DNA of 64,000 nt, taken from Hyphomicrobiaceae bacterium. GTDB taxonomy: Bacteria; Pseudomonadota; Alphaproteobacteria; Rhizobiales; Hyphomicrobiaceae. The DNA lies in contig JAWKWB010000011.1 of assembly GCA_041397775.1 (NCBI GenBank), positions 27,257 to 91,256 of the forward strand, in the 5' to 3' direction. A program made the position numbers and the translations under genes. The notes beneath the pieces are model-generated. The model did no database searches and was not told the DNA's origin. It saw nothing but the letters and a program-made list of their open reading frames with translations. Positions 30,903-41,071 of the stretch are shown here, one piece after another (position 1 is the stretch's first letter; each line of letters opens with the position of its first letter).

Positions 30903-31937
30903 TCAGGCGGCGATCATGACCTTGGCAACGGCCTCGGTCAGGCCGCGCGGCAGGCCGTTCGCCTCGCGGCGCAGGAAGCCCAGCAGGGCCATGAGATTTT
31001 CCGTCGGCCGGCCGCCGGTGGCGATGCGGGTGATCAGCCACTCCTCGTCAGTCTCGTGAATGGGCTCGCGGGTGACGATTTCCAGACGCTGGCGCTCGAG
31101 ACGGGCCAGCGCGCGCTCCTCCGGCGATTGCGGGCGGCAGGAGGACCAGACGAAGCCACCCTGGAGTGGTACGGCACCCTCCAGAATTTCGTTGACGGTA
31201 TTGCCTGCGTCCCGGCCGGCAGAGCGGAGGGTCTGGAGGACCAGTGGCTCGGCCGGCGCACAAATGAAATCACGGCGCGAACCGATGGCGCGCCCCAGTC
31301 CCGACAACATCCCGTTGCCAATCGCCCGCACGAAGAAGTCCGACCAGGCCGGGCAGCTGTGGCCCGGCGCTATGGCGCGTTCGATCTCGAAAAGGGCGTC
31401 GGCTTCCGTGCGCGTGACCGCAAGTGCGCCATCGCCACTGAAGGCGACCAGGATGCGGCGCGCCAACGCGACATCGCTTTCCAGAATGGTGGCCGGCGCG
31501 CCATTGCCCTTGGCGCGTAGGGGGCCGGTGCCCGTTTCGACGGCGCGGCGGATCTGATCCAGCGCGAATGCGGCGAGGCTGGGCGGCGACCAGCGGGAGG
31601 TCTCGATGATATGGATCAGAAGCGTCAGTTCGATATGCGACGCCACGTGCCCTTCGGGGGCGATGCAGGACTTCAGCCAGTCGAGCTTGTCGATGACGAC
31701 ATAGCCGTCGGGCGGGCACTGATGGACGACGTGATCGCACAAGGCCTCGACGAAGAACTCCGCCCAGGCGGGATCCTTGATCCGACAGGCGGCGTTCAGG
31801 CCGACGAGCGTCGCGGCCTCCTCGGCCGTTACGACCGGCGCCTCCTGGTAGGCCGCTCGCAGACGCGCGACATCGGCATCCCTGATGCTTCCGCGAGCAT
31901 GGATTTCGTCGACCGGGACCGAAGTCAAAATGCCCAT
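30903..31937 (-). CDS. Hypothetical protein with two-fold internal repeat
   Basis: 344 aa from the ATG at 31937 (the ORF-track start at 31979 is a TTG). Repeated modules ...VTAEEAATL...DPAWAEFFVEAL... and ...VTRTEADALF...CPAWSDFFVRAI.... No family recognised. Confidence 0.55.
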   Translation of the reverse strand: MGILTSVPVDEIHARGSIRDADVARLRAAYQEAPVVTAEEAATLVGLNAACRIKDPAWAEFFVEALCDHVVHQCPPDGYVVIDKLDWLKSCIAPEGHVASHIELTLLIHIIETSRWSPPSLAAFALDQIRRAVETGTGPLRAKGNGAPATILESDVALARRILVAFSGDGALAVTRTEADALFEIERAIAPGHSCPAWSDFFVRAIGNGMLSGLGRAIGSRRDFICAPAEPLVLQTLRSAGRDAGNTVNEILEGAVPLQGGFVWSSCRPQSPEERALARLERQRLEIVTREPIHETDEEWLITRIATGGRPTENLMALLGFLRREANGLPRGLTEAVAKVMIAA

Positions 31938-32060
31938 AAACACCCACCGACACGAGAGTGAACGAACAACACGAGGCAAAGTAGGGGCGTTATGGTTACC
32001 AACGCTCTAACGAATTGGCGTGTCGGGGGAGTGAGTGTGACTTTTCAGACGGTGTGGCGG

Positions 32061-32756
32061 TCAGAACTCATAACTGAAATGCTCGATCTCCGGCCGATAC
32101 CACTCGGCGACCAGAGCGCGGCTCTCGGGCGTGTAGTAGTCGCGATAACTGCCCTTGCGGTCCTTGGACACGTTCGCCTTCGGCAGGCTGACCTGGCCGG
32201 TGAGGCCAATGCGGCCGAGCACTTCGTCGAAATCGGCGTCGAGTGATTCGTAGCGGCCGACGAAGTCGAGGATGATGTGGTCCTGGGCGGTGTAGAGTTC
32301 CCAGTTCTCGACCCAGGCGCGGCGCTTGTCGCGGTTGAAGGTATCGAACGACGGCTTGTCCGCCGCCGCCTTCGACTTCGTCTTGTAGTGATACCAGGAG
32401 ACCTGACGGTCCCAGGGGTTCCGCTCGAAGGAGAATTTGAAGTAGCTGTTCCAGATCTCCTCGCCGCAATACGTCCGCACGCGCCAGGCGGGCATGTGCT
32501 CGTAATAGCCGACGGAGGGATGATAGTGCCGCTCCGGACGCCCCAGCAGCTTCTTCCAGAGCGGGCGGCGCGGTTTCTCGGGGTGCTCGATGCGATAGTT
32601 CTGGGCGGGCTTCTGGCGCACGCCGCGCAACTGCTCGCTGGCTTCGGTGATGACGTCGTCGGGGCCGCAAACAGCCGAGAGCGCCGCCTCGATCGAGGTG
32701 GAGCCCGTCTTGTACGTCTTGATGTAGATGAACTTGTGCGCGTGGCTCAGGATCAT
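32061..32756 (-). CDS. Sulfotransferase family protein
   Basis: 231 aa from the ATG at 32756. N-terminal PAPS-loop-like FIYIKTYKTGSTS and a later RNPWDR motif. The upstream in-frame extension is a translated repeat. Confidence 0.7.
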   Translation of the reverse strand: MILSHAHKFIYIKTYKTGSTSIEAALSAVCGPDDVITEASEQLRGVRQKPAQNYRIEHPEKPRRPLWKKLLGRPERHYHPSVGYYEHMPAWRVRTYCGEEIWNSYFKFSFERNPWDRQVSWYHYKTKSKAAADKPSFDTFNRDKRRAWVENWELYTAQDHIILDFVGRYESLDADFDEVLGRIGLTGQVSLPKANVSKDRKGSYRDYYTPESRALVAEWYRPEIEHFSYEF

Positions 32757-32766
32757 GGGCGAGCAT

Positions 32767-32843
32767 CTAGTGTTCCGGTTCCGACATTTGCATCTGCTTG
32801 CCGGACGTCCGAGAGCAAATGTCGAAACCAAAGCGAACACCAG
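32767..32843. repeat. Palindromic repeat family B' (inverted relative to 15520-15596)
   Basis: ctagtgttccggttccgacatttgcatctgcttgccggacgtccgagagcaaatgtcgaaaccaaagcgaacaccag. Confidence 0.85.
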
Positions 32844-32856
32844 GAACCGATTGTTT

Positions 32857-32935
32857 CTAGTGTAGCTTTTGCATCTGACGTTTGGTCATGGTTCCAGCCG
32901 CGAGTGGGTACCAAACGTCTGATGCGCTACACTAG
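32857..32935. repeat. Palindromic repeat family A (inverted relative to 48358-48436)
   Basis: ctagtgtagcttttgcatctgacgtttggtcatggttccagccgcgagtgggtaccaaacgtctgatgcgctacactag. A 13-bp spacer separates it from the B' copy. Confidence 0.9.
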
Positions 32936-33154
32936 CACGTCGTCAGGCGCCGCACCAACAGCCGGTATGTCAGCCGCCATATAAAGTGCGGGGAAGACAT
33001 GCCGTGCGCTCCACCGCATCGAAGCAAAGCAAAGGGCCATCCCGAAGAATGACCCCCTGCCCGAGGACCTCAACCCTCCCAGATCGGCCCTCGAAATCTT
33101 CACAGTCCAGCGCGGCGTGCCGGGAGGATCATGCGCTGGACCGGCCGGGCTCCC

Positions 33155-33514
33155 TCACCTGACGAGCCCGTGTTTGTCTTTCCACACACGGAAATAGTTC
33201 TTTTGGCCGTCGCTGGCCTCGCGGCGGATGTTCGCACCCGCGGCTGCCTGGGCCTCGCGCAGGTCGCGATATTCGCGCGCCGTCACCACGCCATCGGCCC
33301 GCGCGATGCGCTGACGCTCGGCAATCGAACGCTGCTCGGCCAGGAGGCCCGCCTGCTCGCGCCGGGTCAGCTGGCCGGTCTTGCGCAGGTGCTCGATAGC
33401 TCCGATCTGGCGCGACTGGGCGCGATCGACGGGGCGCAGGTCGTGTGCGCTGGCGGCGGCGGAGAGAAGCGCGGTGAGGCCTGCGGTGAGGAGGATGGTC
33501 TTGCGGATCGACAT
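33155..33514 (-). CDS. Small secreted coiled-coil protein, paralog 1
   Basis: 119 aa from the ATG at 33514. Signal peptide MSIRKTILLTAGLTALLSAAASA. Core TGQLTRREQAGLLAEQRSIAERQRIARADGVVTAREYRDLREAQAAAGANIRREASDGQ is homologous to 35474-35824. Confidence 0.7.
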   Translation of the reverse strand: MSIRKTILLTAGLTALLSAAASAHDLRPVDRAQSRQIGAIEHLRKTGQLTRREQAGLLAEQRSIAERQRIARADGVVTAREYRDLREAQAAAGANIRREASDGQKNYFRVWKDKHGLVR

Positions 33515-33563
33515 CGTATGGCTCCTTCTGGATGGCTCGGTTGCCGTCTTCACCATGCTGCCG

Positions 33564-33598
33564 AGAATGACAGATCGCCGCTGAACGCTGTTTGAACC
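33564..33598 (-). promoter_or_regulatory. Conserved upstream motif GGTTCA-N6-GTTCAG-N11-CATTCT (minus strand), copy 1
   Basis: Same motif and spacings as at 35910-35944, upstream of the paralogous gene. Confidence 0.5.
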
Positions 33599-33684
33599 CC
33601 TCGTGCAGACTCTGTTCATGCTCGGGCTTGCTTCAGAGCCCTCCCCCACTACAGTTCGGCGGACACAAACAGGAGTGACGCGGG

Positions 33685-35292
33685 ATGGAAGCTGATTACG
33701 TGATCGTGGGCGCCGGCTCTGCCGGCTGCGTGCTGGCAAATCGACTGTCGGCCGACGGCGCGGAGGTCATTCTGCTCGAGGCCGGACCGCGCGATCTCCA
33801 CCCCTACATCCACGTTCCCGCGGGCATCCTGAAGCTGCTCTACAATCCCCTCGTGAACTGGAACTATGCCAGCACGCCGGACCCCAAGACGGGCAATCGC
33901 GCCATCCATTGGCCGCGCGGCCGCGTGCTCGGCGGATCGTCGTCCATCAACGGCATGCTGTTCGTGCGCGGCAATCCCGCCGACTTCGACGCCTGGGCGC
34001 AAATGGGCTGCCGGGGCTGGAGCTACGACGACTGCAAGCCGCACTTCAAGGCGATCGAGCGTTACGCGCCCGGCGACGATGCGCACCGCGGCAAGGACGG
34101 ACCACTGCTGATCGAGGATTACCGTACCATCCTGCCGCTGACGCATCGCTTCGTGGAGGCCGCGCAACAGGCGGGCATCCCCTTCGCAAAGGATCTTTCC
34201 GGGACAACCCCCGCCGACGGGGTCGGCTACTCGCAGATGTCGCGCAACGGGCGTTTCCGCGGCTCGACGGCGCAGACCTTCCTGCGCGATGCGCGCCGCC
34301 GCCGCAACCTGCGCATCCTCACCAATGCCACCGCGCTCAAGCTACTGGTCGAAGAGAAGCGCTGCACGGGCGTGCGCGTCGATCTCAATACGCGCGAAGT
34401 CGACATCAAGGCCCGGCGCGAAGTGATCGTCTCGTCGGGCTCGGTGAACTCGCCGCACCTGCTGCAGGTCTCGGGGATCGGACCCGCCGCGCATCTGCAG
34501 GCGATCGGCGTCGACGTCGTTCACGACCTGCCCGGCGTCGGCAACAATCTTTCGGACCACTACGTCACGCGCGTCTCGCATCGCGTGAAGAACGCGCGCT
34601 CGATCAACGAGCTGTCGCGCGGCCTGTTGCTGATGGGCGAAATCGCGAAATGGGTGACGACGGGACGCGGTGCGCTGACGTTCGGCGTTTCGAGCGCGCA
34701 GGTCTTCACGCGCAGCCGCGAGGGCGTCGAGGCACCGGACATCCAGCTCCTGTTCTCGCCGGCGAGCTACGACCCGACCAAGTTCGGCGAGCTCGAGCGC
34801 GAACCGGGCGCCACCGTTGCCGTGTCGATCGCCCGGCCGGAAAGCCGCGGCACGATCATGGCCGTCTCGGCCGACCCCTACGCGCGCCCGGCGATCAAGC
34901 CGAACTATCTCTCGGCACCCAACGACATTCGCGTGGCGCTTGCTGGCATCGCGCAGGCGCGCAGCATCTTTTCACAGCCCGCGTTCGCGCAGCACTCGGC
35001 CGGCGAGATCTGTCCGGGGCCGCAGGTCACGAGCGAAGACGGGCTTATCGACTACATCCGCAACAACGGCACGACGATCTACCACCCGGTCGGCACCTGC
35101 AGGATGGGCGAGGATCCGATGGCGGTGGTCGATTCGCGGTTGCGCGTGCGCGGCATGACCGGCTTGCGCGTCATCGACGCGTCGATCATGCCGGCAGTGA
35201 CGACGGGCAATACGAACGCGCCGACGATCATGATCGCCGAGAAGGGCGCGTCGATGATCCGCGAGGATGCGCGGGCAGCGCTGGCAGCTTGA
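33685..35292 (+). CDS. GMC family oxidoreductase (choline dehydrogenase-like)
   Basis: [20 protein letters not shown]-terminus, GMC signature (GGSSSINGM), and C-terminal HPVGTCRMG. Confidence 0.9.
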   Translation: MEADYVIVGAGSAGCVLANRLSADGAEVILLEAGPRDLHPYIHVPAGILKLLYNPLVNWNYASTPDPKTGNRAIHWPRGRVLGGSSSINGMLFVRGNPADFDAWAQMGCRGWSYDDCKPHFKAIERYAPGDDAHRGKDGPLLIEDYRTILPLTHRFVEAAQQAGIPFAKDLSGTTPADGVGYSQMSRNGRFRGSTAQTFLRDARRRRNLRILTNATALKLLVEEKRCTGVRVDLNTREVDIKARREVIVSSGSVNSPHLLQVSGIGPAAHLQAIGVDVVHDLPGVGNNLSDHYVTRVSHRVKNARSINELSRGLLLMGEIAKWVTTGRGALTFGVSSAQVFTRSREGVEAPDIQLLFSPASYDPTKFGELEREPGATVAVSIARPESRGTIMAVSADPYARPAIKPNYLSAPNDIRVALAGIAQARSIFSQPAFAQHSAGEICPGPQVTSEDGLIDYIRNNGTTIYHPVGTCRMGEDPMAVVDSRLRVRGMTGLRVIDASIMPAVTTGNTNAPTIMIAEKGASMIREDARAALAA

Positions 35293-35332
35293 ACGAAGCT
35301 GCTGCGCCCCGGACGCAGGCGGAGCGAAGGCG

Positions 35333-35365
35333 CAAGAAAAAAGGCTGCCGGGGGGAGCGGCAGCC
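35333..35365 (-). terminator. Rho-independent terminator after paralog 2; may also terminate the convergent GMC gene
   Basis: On the minus strand: GGCTGCCG-7 nt-CGGCAGCC followed by TTTTTTCTTG. Confidence 0.75.
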
Positions 35366-35473
35366 TCGAAGTTCGGGGGAGAGAAGAGAGGACGCTCGTG
35401 TCCCTTCGATCGCAATGTCCGTTCTGAGCCTGCAGTAGACCGAGAGGGGCATTACGATCGGGACACGCGGTGC

Positions 35474-35824
35474 TTACCACCAGCGGCGCTTGGCCCACCC
35501 GCCGCCGTAACGGCGCTCGCCGTCGTGTTTCTCCTGGGCGATGTGACGGCCGGCGGCGTTCTGAGCGGCTCGGATGCGCGCTGCCTCGTAGCGGTCGACG
35601 TGACCATCGCGCTTCGCGGCGGCTTCCATGCGGCGGATGCGGGCCTGCTCGGCCTGGAGGCGCGCCGCCTCCCAGCGCGTGAGCTGGCCGGACCGCACAC
35701 CCTGCTGGATGCGCTGCTGCTGGCGGTACTGGCGCTGGTCGATGTTGCCGCCGCGATCGTAGGCGTTTGCGGCGGTGGCGGTGGCAGCCAGGGCGAAGAC
35801 GGTGGCGATTGCGATCTTCTTCAT
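35474..35824 (-). CDS. Small secreted coiled-coil protein, paralog 2
   Basis: 116 aa from the ATG at 35824. Signal peptide [21 protein letters not shown]. Core [59 protein letters not shown]. Confidence 0.7.
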   Translation of the reverse strand: MKKIAIATVFALAATATAANAYDRGGNIDQRQYRQQQRIQQGVRSGQLTRWEAARLQAEQARIRRMEAAAKRDGHVDRYEAARIRAAQNAAGRHIAQEKHDGERRYGGGWAKRRWW

Positions 35825-35909
35825 GGTCCAGGTCCTTTCGGTACGAGGCTTCGTCAACTCATCGGCTGGACCGGGCGAACCCGTTTGTTTGTCCAAGCCT
35901 GTGAAATGA

Positions 35910-35944
35910 AGAATGCCACCGCCGCACTGAACCCTTTCTGAACC
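35910..35944 (-). promoter_or_regulatory. Conserved upstream motif GGTTCA-N6-GTTCAG-N11-CATTCT (minus strand), copy 2
   Basis: Identical half-sites and spacings to 33564-33598. Confidence 0.5.
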
Positions 35945-36174
35945 ATGTATTTAACTAATATTCATCCTCCGATGGCGCGCGTCCGCCCCAGAAATATAAT
36001 GTTTTTTCAAATACTTTTGACGCCGCGCCCGATGCGCATGCGACTTCGGCGCGGGCTGCGAACGTGTCAGCGTTCAGGAAAACCCCGGCTGCCGTTCACC
36101 TCCAGCCCGCCGACGCGCTCCCGCTCTCGAAAAAATTTCGAATCGATCGACATTGCCGCCCGCGACGGGCCGTC

Positions 36175-37737
36175 TCAGAGGCTTGCGAAAACCTCCGGCA
36201 GAATCCCGGGCAGGTCTTCCGCGACAAGGCCCGGGCCACGCAGGGCGGCGCATGCCCCATGCAGCCACACCCCGGCGCACGCGGCCTCCCAGCCCGGCAT
36301 GCCCTGCGCCATCAGGCCGGTGACGATGCCGGCAAGTACGTCTCCCGAGCCGGCGGTCGCCAGCCAGGGCGGTGCGTTCTCGTTGATCGCGGCGCGACCG
36401 TCGGGCGAGGCGATGACGGTGTCCGGGCCCTTCAGAACGACGACGGCGCCGGACATGGCCGCGGCCCGACGCGCGCGCGCCGTCTTGGCACCGTCGAGCC
36501 CGGCGAACAGCCGCCGGAACTCGCCCTCGTGCGGCGTCAGAACGACATTCGCATTCGCACGGGCCTTGATGGCCGCGAACAGTGTCTCGGGCGTCGCCGG
36601 CGCCTCCTGTGCGCCGCCGCCGAGGAAGCCGAACGGGCCTGCTGGAAGGGCAGACTCGGATGGCTCGGCGAAGGCCGTTATCGCATCGGCGTCGAGCACG
36701 ACGGCCGCCTGCGACTCCAGGCAGTGCTTGGCCATCGCGCGCGTGTCCGCGTCGACGCCGCAGCCCGGACCGATCAGGACGGCGTTCTTGCGGGCATCGT
36801 CGAGGATCTTCGCGAGGCCCGCCGGCTGCTCGAACGACAGCAGCATGATCGCGGTGAGGTGGGCTGCGTTCACGATAGCGGCTGGCGCCGGGCTGGCGAT
36901 CGTGACGAGGCCGGCGCCGGCGCGAAGGGCGCCGTGTGCGCCAAGACGGGCAGCGCCGGTCGCCGTCACCGGCCCGGAAACCACCAAGGCATGACCGCGC
37001 GCGTACTTGTGGCCAGTCACTTGCGCGCGGGGCAGCATCGCGCTCCACAGCGCCGGGCCGTTCGCGAATGTCCGCGGTCCGATCTCGGTCAGGACGCTGG
37101 CGGGAATGCCGATGTCGCGCACCTCGATCCTCCCGCACAATGCGCGCCCCGGCAGCAGCAGATGTCCGGGCTTGCGACGGAAGAACGTCGTCGTTCGCGT
37201 CGCGCCGATAGCCGGGCCGGTCACGGCGCCGGTCGATCCATCGAGGCCGCTGGGCACGTCGACGGCGATGACGGGCTTGCCGGCCGCGTTGATCCACGCC
37301 ACGGCCTCGGCCGCATCGCCCGAGAGCTCACGCGACAGGCCGGCGCCGAACATGGCATCTACGATCACGTCTGCCGCTGCGACCATGTCCCGGGTGAGGG
37401 CGACGGCATCGCCAGCCCAGAACGCCGCTGCTCGGGCCGCATCGCCCTTCAGGCGCGTATGGTCCCCGACCGTCGCGACCGTAACGGAGAAGGCGGGACG
37501 CGCCGCGACCAAACGAGCGGCCACGTAGCCGTCACCGCCGTTGTTACCGGGTCCGCACACGAACAGAATACGCCGGCCGGCCCCCAAGCGCGCCACGGAC
37601 TGCGCGACGGCGCGTCCGGCGGCGAGCATCAGGTGGAAGCCCGGTTGCGCGATGCCCTGGGCCGCGAGGTTATTCGCCGCCAGCCGATCGGCCTCGCTCA
37701 TCTCGGCGGTCGTCAGGAGATCCAAGGCCACCCTCAT
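36175..37737 (-). CDS. nnr: Bifunctional NAD(P)H-hydrate repair enzyme (epimerase/ADP-dependent dehydratase)
   Basis: 520 aa. YjeF_N domain (GPGNNGGDG) plus a carbohydrate-kinase-like C-terminal domain (GSGDVLAG). ATGA overlap with the upstream VOC gene stop. Confidence 0.85.
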   Translation of the reverse strand: MRVALDLLTTAEMSEADRLAANNLAAQGIAQPGFHLMLAAGRAVAQSVARLGAGRRILFVCGPGNNGGDGYVAARLVAARPAFSVTVATVGDHTRLKGDAARAAAFWAGDAVALTRDMVAAADVIVDAMFGAGLSRELSGDAAEAVAWINAAGKPVIAVDVPSGLDGSTGAVTGPAIGATRTTTFFRRKPGHLLLPGRALCGRIEVRDIGIPASVLTEIGPRTFANGPALWSAMLPRAQVTGHKYARGHALVVSGPVTATGAARLGAHGALRAGAGLVTIASPAPAAIVNAAHLTAIMLLSFEQPAGLAKILDDARKNAVLIGPGCGVDADTRAMAKHCLESQAAVVLDADAITAFAEPSESALPAGPFGFLGGGAQEAPATPETLFAAIKARANANVVLTPHEGEFRRLFAGLDGAKTARARRAAAMSGAVVVLKGPDTVIASPDGRAAINENAPPWLATAGSGDVLAGIVTGLMAQGMPGWEAACAGVWLHGACAALRGPGLVAEDLPGILPEVFASL

Positions 37738-38135
37738 CGTGCCGCCGGGGTGCCGTCCTGATAGACGGACAGCTCGACGAGATTGTCGTCGGGGTCGCGA
37801 ATGTAGATCGACGTCAGGGGACCGCGGGCGCCCGTCCGAGTCGACCGCTCCACCAGGATCGGCACACCGCAGGACGCCAAGTGTGCCTCGGCCCCGTCCA
37901 GGCTGTCGACCAGCAGGCAGATGTCGCCGGACCCCCTGGTCGGCACCTGGGCCTTCGGGTCGAACGTGTTGTCGGCCTGGTGCAGGTTGATCTTGTGCGC
38001 GCCGAACCGAAGCGCGGTCCGCTTCTGCGGCCCGAAGACTTCCACCGTCATGCCCAGCACCTTCGTGTAGAAGTCGACCGTGCGCGGTATGGAGGCGACG
38101 GTGAGGACAAAATGATCGATGCCGACGACCTGCAT
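37734..38135 (-). CDS. VOC (glyoxalase/bleomycin resistance/dioxygenase) family protein
   Basis: 133 aa from the ATG at 38135 (IDHFVLTVASIPRTVDFYTKVLGM...DPDDNLVEL). Confidence 0.8.
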   Translation of the reverse strand: MQVVGIDHFVLTVASIPRTVDFYTKVLGMTVEVFGPQKRTALRFGAHKINLHQADNTFDPKAQVPTRGSGDICLLVDSLDGAEAHLASCGVPILVERSTRTGARGPLTSIYIRDPDDNLVELSVYQDGTPAAR

Positions 38136-38252
38136 GGCACTCTCGACGTTGGGGCTGTTGACCGATGCTTCAGCAGCATTGACCCTGCCACAGGCAGTCC
38201 GCGGGGCCAATCGCCATCGACTGGGCAGTTTCTGCCTGTTTTTCCGCCATCT

Positions 38253-38283
38253 TGCATGAAAATGCAGCGCTGCTTTTTGCAGA
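38253..38283. promoter_or_regulatory. Cluster of TGC/GCA palindromes (possible NtrC-type enhancer) upstream of glnB
   Basis: TGCAT-gaaa-ATGCA (38253-38266), GCAGCGCTGC (38264-38273), TGC-ttttt-GCA. A further palindrome TTCAAT-ga-ATTGAA lies at 38327-38340. Confidence 0.3.
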
Positions 38284-38355
38284 CAAGCGCCGGACTTTTG
38301 GGCGAAACGAAATAAAATCGCGCAATTTCAATGAATTGAAGTTTCATTTACCAGT

Positions 38356-38371
38356 TGGCACGTGTCGTGCT
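38356..38371 (+). promoter_or_regulatory. Putative sigma-54 (-24/-12) promoter of glnB
   Basis: TGGCAC-gtgtc-GTGCT versus consensus TGGCAC-N5-TTGCW, located 75 nt upstream of the glnB ATG. Confidence 0.5.
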
Positions 38372-38373
38372 AA

Positions 38374-38784
<411 letters not shown>

Positions 38785-38880
38785 TGAACTGCACGGCCAT
38801 GCGCGGACCCGAGCCTTCAGGCAAAGGTCCGCGAGGGGCCGTTCTGTGTTTGAACTATTCGTCTAGCGAAGGGAGCCACT

Positions 38881-40302
38881 ATGGCAGACAAGGACATGAC
38901 GGCCGCTGACGTGCTTAAGATCATCAAGGACAAGGAGGTCAAGTTCGTGGACCTCCGGTTCACGGACACCAAGGGCAAGATGCAGCACGTGACCGCGGAT
39001 GCCTCGTGCATCGACGAGGGCGTGTTCGCCGACGGCTATGCCTTCGACGGCTCCTCGATCGCCGGCTGGAAGGGCATCGAAGCCTCCGACATGCTGCTGA
39101 TGCTGGATCCCACGTCCGCGCACATGGACCCCTTCTTCGCCCAGACGACGATGTCGATCTTCTGCGACGTCATCGAGCCGTCCACCGGCGAGCTGTACGA
39201 GCGCGACCCCCGCGGCATCGCCAAGAAGGCCGAGGCCTACCTGAAGAGCACGGGCCTGGGCGACAGCGTCTACTTCGGCCCGGAGGCCGAATTCTTCATC
39301 TTCGACGACGTGCGTTTCTCGTCGGACCCCTACAACACCGGCTTCCGTCTCGACTGCACGGAGCTGCCCACCAACATGGGCACCGAGTACGAGATGGGCA
39401 ACCTCGGCCACCGTCCGCGCACGAAGGGCGGCTACTTCCCGGTTCCGCCGGTCGACAGCTGCCAGGACATGCGCTCGGAGATGCTGTCGGTGATGGCCGA
39501 GATGGGCGTCGTCGTCGAGAAGCATCACCACGAGGTGGCAGCCGCCCAGCACGAGCTCGGCACGAAGTTCCAGCCGATGGTGCTCGCCGCCGATCACATG
39601 CAGATCTACAAGTATGTGATCCACAACGTCGCGCAGGCCTACGGCAAGACCGCGACGTTCATGCCGAAGCCGGTCTTCGGTGACAACGGCTCGGGCATGC
39701 ACTGCCACCAGTCGATCTGGAAGGAAGGCAAGCCGACGTTCGCCGGCAACAAGTACGCCGACCTCTCCGACAACTGCCTCTACTACATCGGCGGCGTCCT
39801 GAAGCACGCGAAGGCCATCAACGCCTTCACGAACCCCTCGACGAACTCCTACAAGCGTCTGGTTCCGGGCTACGAGGCTCCCGTGCTGCTCGCCTATTCG
39901 GCGCGCAACCGCTCGGCCTCCTGCCGCATCCCGCACACGACCAGCCCGAAGGCCAAGCGCGTCGAGGTCCGCTTCCCCGATCCCGCCGCCAATCCCTACC
40001 TCGGCTTCGCAGCGCTGCTGATGGCCGGCATCGACGGTATCTTGAACAAGATCAGCCCAGGCGATCCGATGGACAAGAACCTGTACGACCTGCCGCCGGC
40101 CGAGCTCGCCAAGATCCCGACGGTGTGCGGCAGCCTGCGTGAGGCGCTCTCCAGCCTCGACCAGGATCGCGCCTTCCTGAAGATGGGCGGCGTGTTCACC
40201 GACGACATGATCGATGCGTACATCGAGCTGAAGATGGCCGAGGTCGAGCGTTTCGAGATGACGCCGCACCCGGTCGAGTTCGACATGTACTACTCGGTTT
40301 AA
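38881..40302 (+). CDS. glnA: Glutamine synthetase type I
   Basis: 473 aa. [16 protein letters not shown], and an NLYDLP adenylylation-site-like motif. Directly follows glnB. Confidence 0.95.
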   Translation: MADKDMTAADVLKIIKDKEVKFVDLRFTDTKGKMQHVTADASCIDEGVFADGYAFDGSSIAGWKGIEASDMLLMLDPTSAHMDPFFAQTTMSIFCDVIEPSTGELYERDPRGIAKKAEAYLKSTGLGDSVYFGPEAEFFIFDDVRFSSDPYNTGFRLDCTELPTNMGTEYEMGNLGHRPRTKGGYFPVPPVDSCQDMRSEMLSVMAEMGVVVEKHHHEVAAAQHELGTKFQPMVLAADHMQIYKYVIHNVAQAYGKTATFMPKPVFGDNGSGMHCHQSIWKEGKPTFAGNKYADLSDNCLYYIGGVLKHAKAINAFTNPSTNSYKRLVPGYEAPVLLAYSARNRSASCRIPHTTSPKAKRVEVRFPDPAANPYLGFAALLMAGIDGILNKISPGDPMDKNLYDLPPAELAKIPTVCGSLREALSSLDQDRAFLKMGGVFTDDMIDAYIELKMAEVERFEMTPHPVEFDMYYSV

Positions 40303-40417
40303 GAGGCTTTGCTCGCGCCTTCAGATGCCCACACGGCATCCGGCACGGGCGCCTTCGGATGTCCACGTTCCTGCGGGCCCGCACTCCGCGAGGACACATC
40401 CGGTTCAGAAATAAAAA

Positions 40418-40449
40418 GGGCGGCTCCTCGCGGGCCGCCCTTTTCCTTT
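40418..40449. terminator. Bidirectional rho-independent terminator between convergent glnA and the DUF2231 gene
   Basis: AAAAA-GGGCGGC-9 nt-GCCGCCC-TTTTCCTTT. Confidence 0.75.
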
Positions 40450-40505
40450 CACACGTCACCACTTGCTCGGGAGCCTGCACGCGCCCCCGGGATCGCATTC
40501 AGTCG

Positions 40506-41069
40506 TCAATTCCCGGCAGGCGTCCCCCGCCTGGCAGCGAGCCACGCCACGACCAGCAGCAGCACCGACGCTGCGACCAGCAGCATGAGAGTCGTGTCGG
40601 GGACATAGAACGTCCGCTGCACCTCCCAGCCGAGCAGCCGCAACACCTTCGAGAGATCGGTGTAGATGCCGGCGAGATGGCCGCCCAACGTGCCGGTGAT
40701 GCCGAGCAGGCCGGCGCCCAACAGCGCGAGCCCCGCCATGATCCAGCGGCCGAGCCCGCTCCACAGTGCTTCGCCCTGCAGGATGCGCGTGATCAACATC
40801 ACGGCCCAATAGGCCGTCGTCCACACGGCCAGCAGGATGTGATTGCGCCCCATCGGCGAGGTGGAGATGGCCTCCCATGGCCAGACCCTCATTCCGACCA
40901 GCATCGCGAGCACGCCCGATGCCAGACCGAGCCAGAGCAGGGGTACGAGTGCCCGATCGATGGCCAGAGCGACGGGTCCGTCCGATAGCGCCCGCCACAC
41001 GATGGCAAGGGCTGCCGTCATCCAGAGCGCGATCGGGAAGTGAACGAGAACGACGTGATAGGCGGCCAT
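40506..41069 (-). CDS. DUF2231-type integral membrane protein
   Basis: 187 aa from the ATG at 41069. HFPIAL motif near the N-terminus and about 5 TM helices. A 2-nt gap separates it from the upstream EB_dh-like gene stop. Confidence 0.65.
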   Translation of the reverse strand: MAAYHVVLVHFPIALWMTAALAIVWRALSDGPVALAIDRALVPLLWLGLASGVLAMLVGMRVWPWEAISTSPMGRNHILLAVWTTAYWAVMLITRILQGEALWSGLGRWIMAGLALLGAGLLGITGTLGGHLAGIYTDLSKVLRLLGWEVQRTFYVPDTTLMLLVAASVLLLVVAWLAARRGTPAGN

Positions 41070-41071
41070 GA

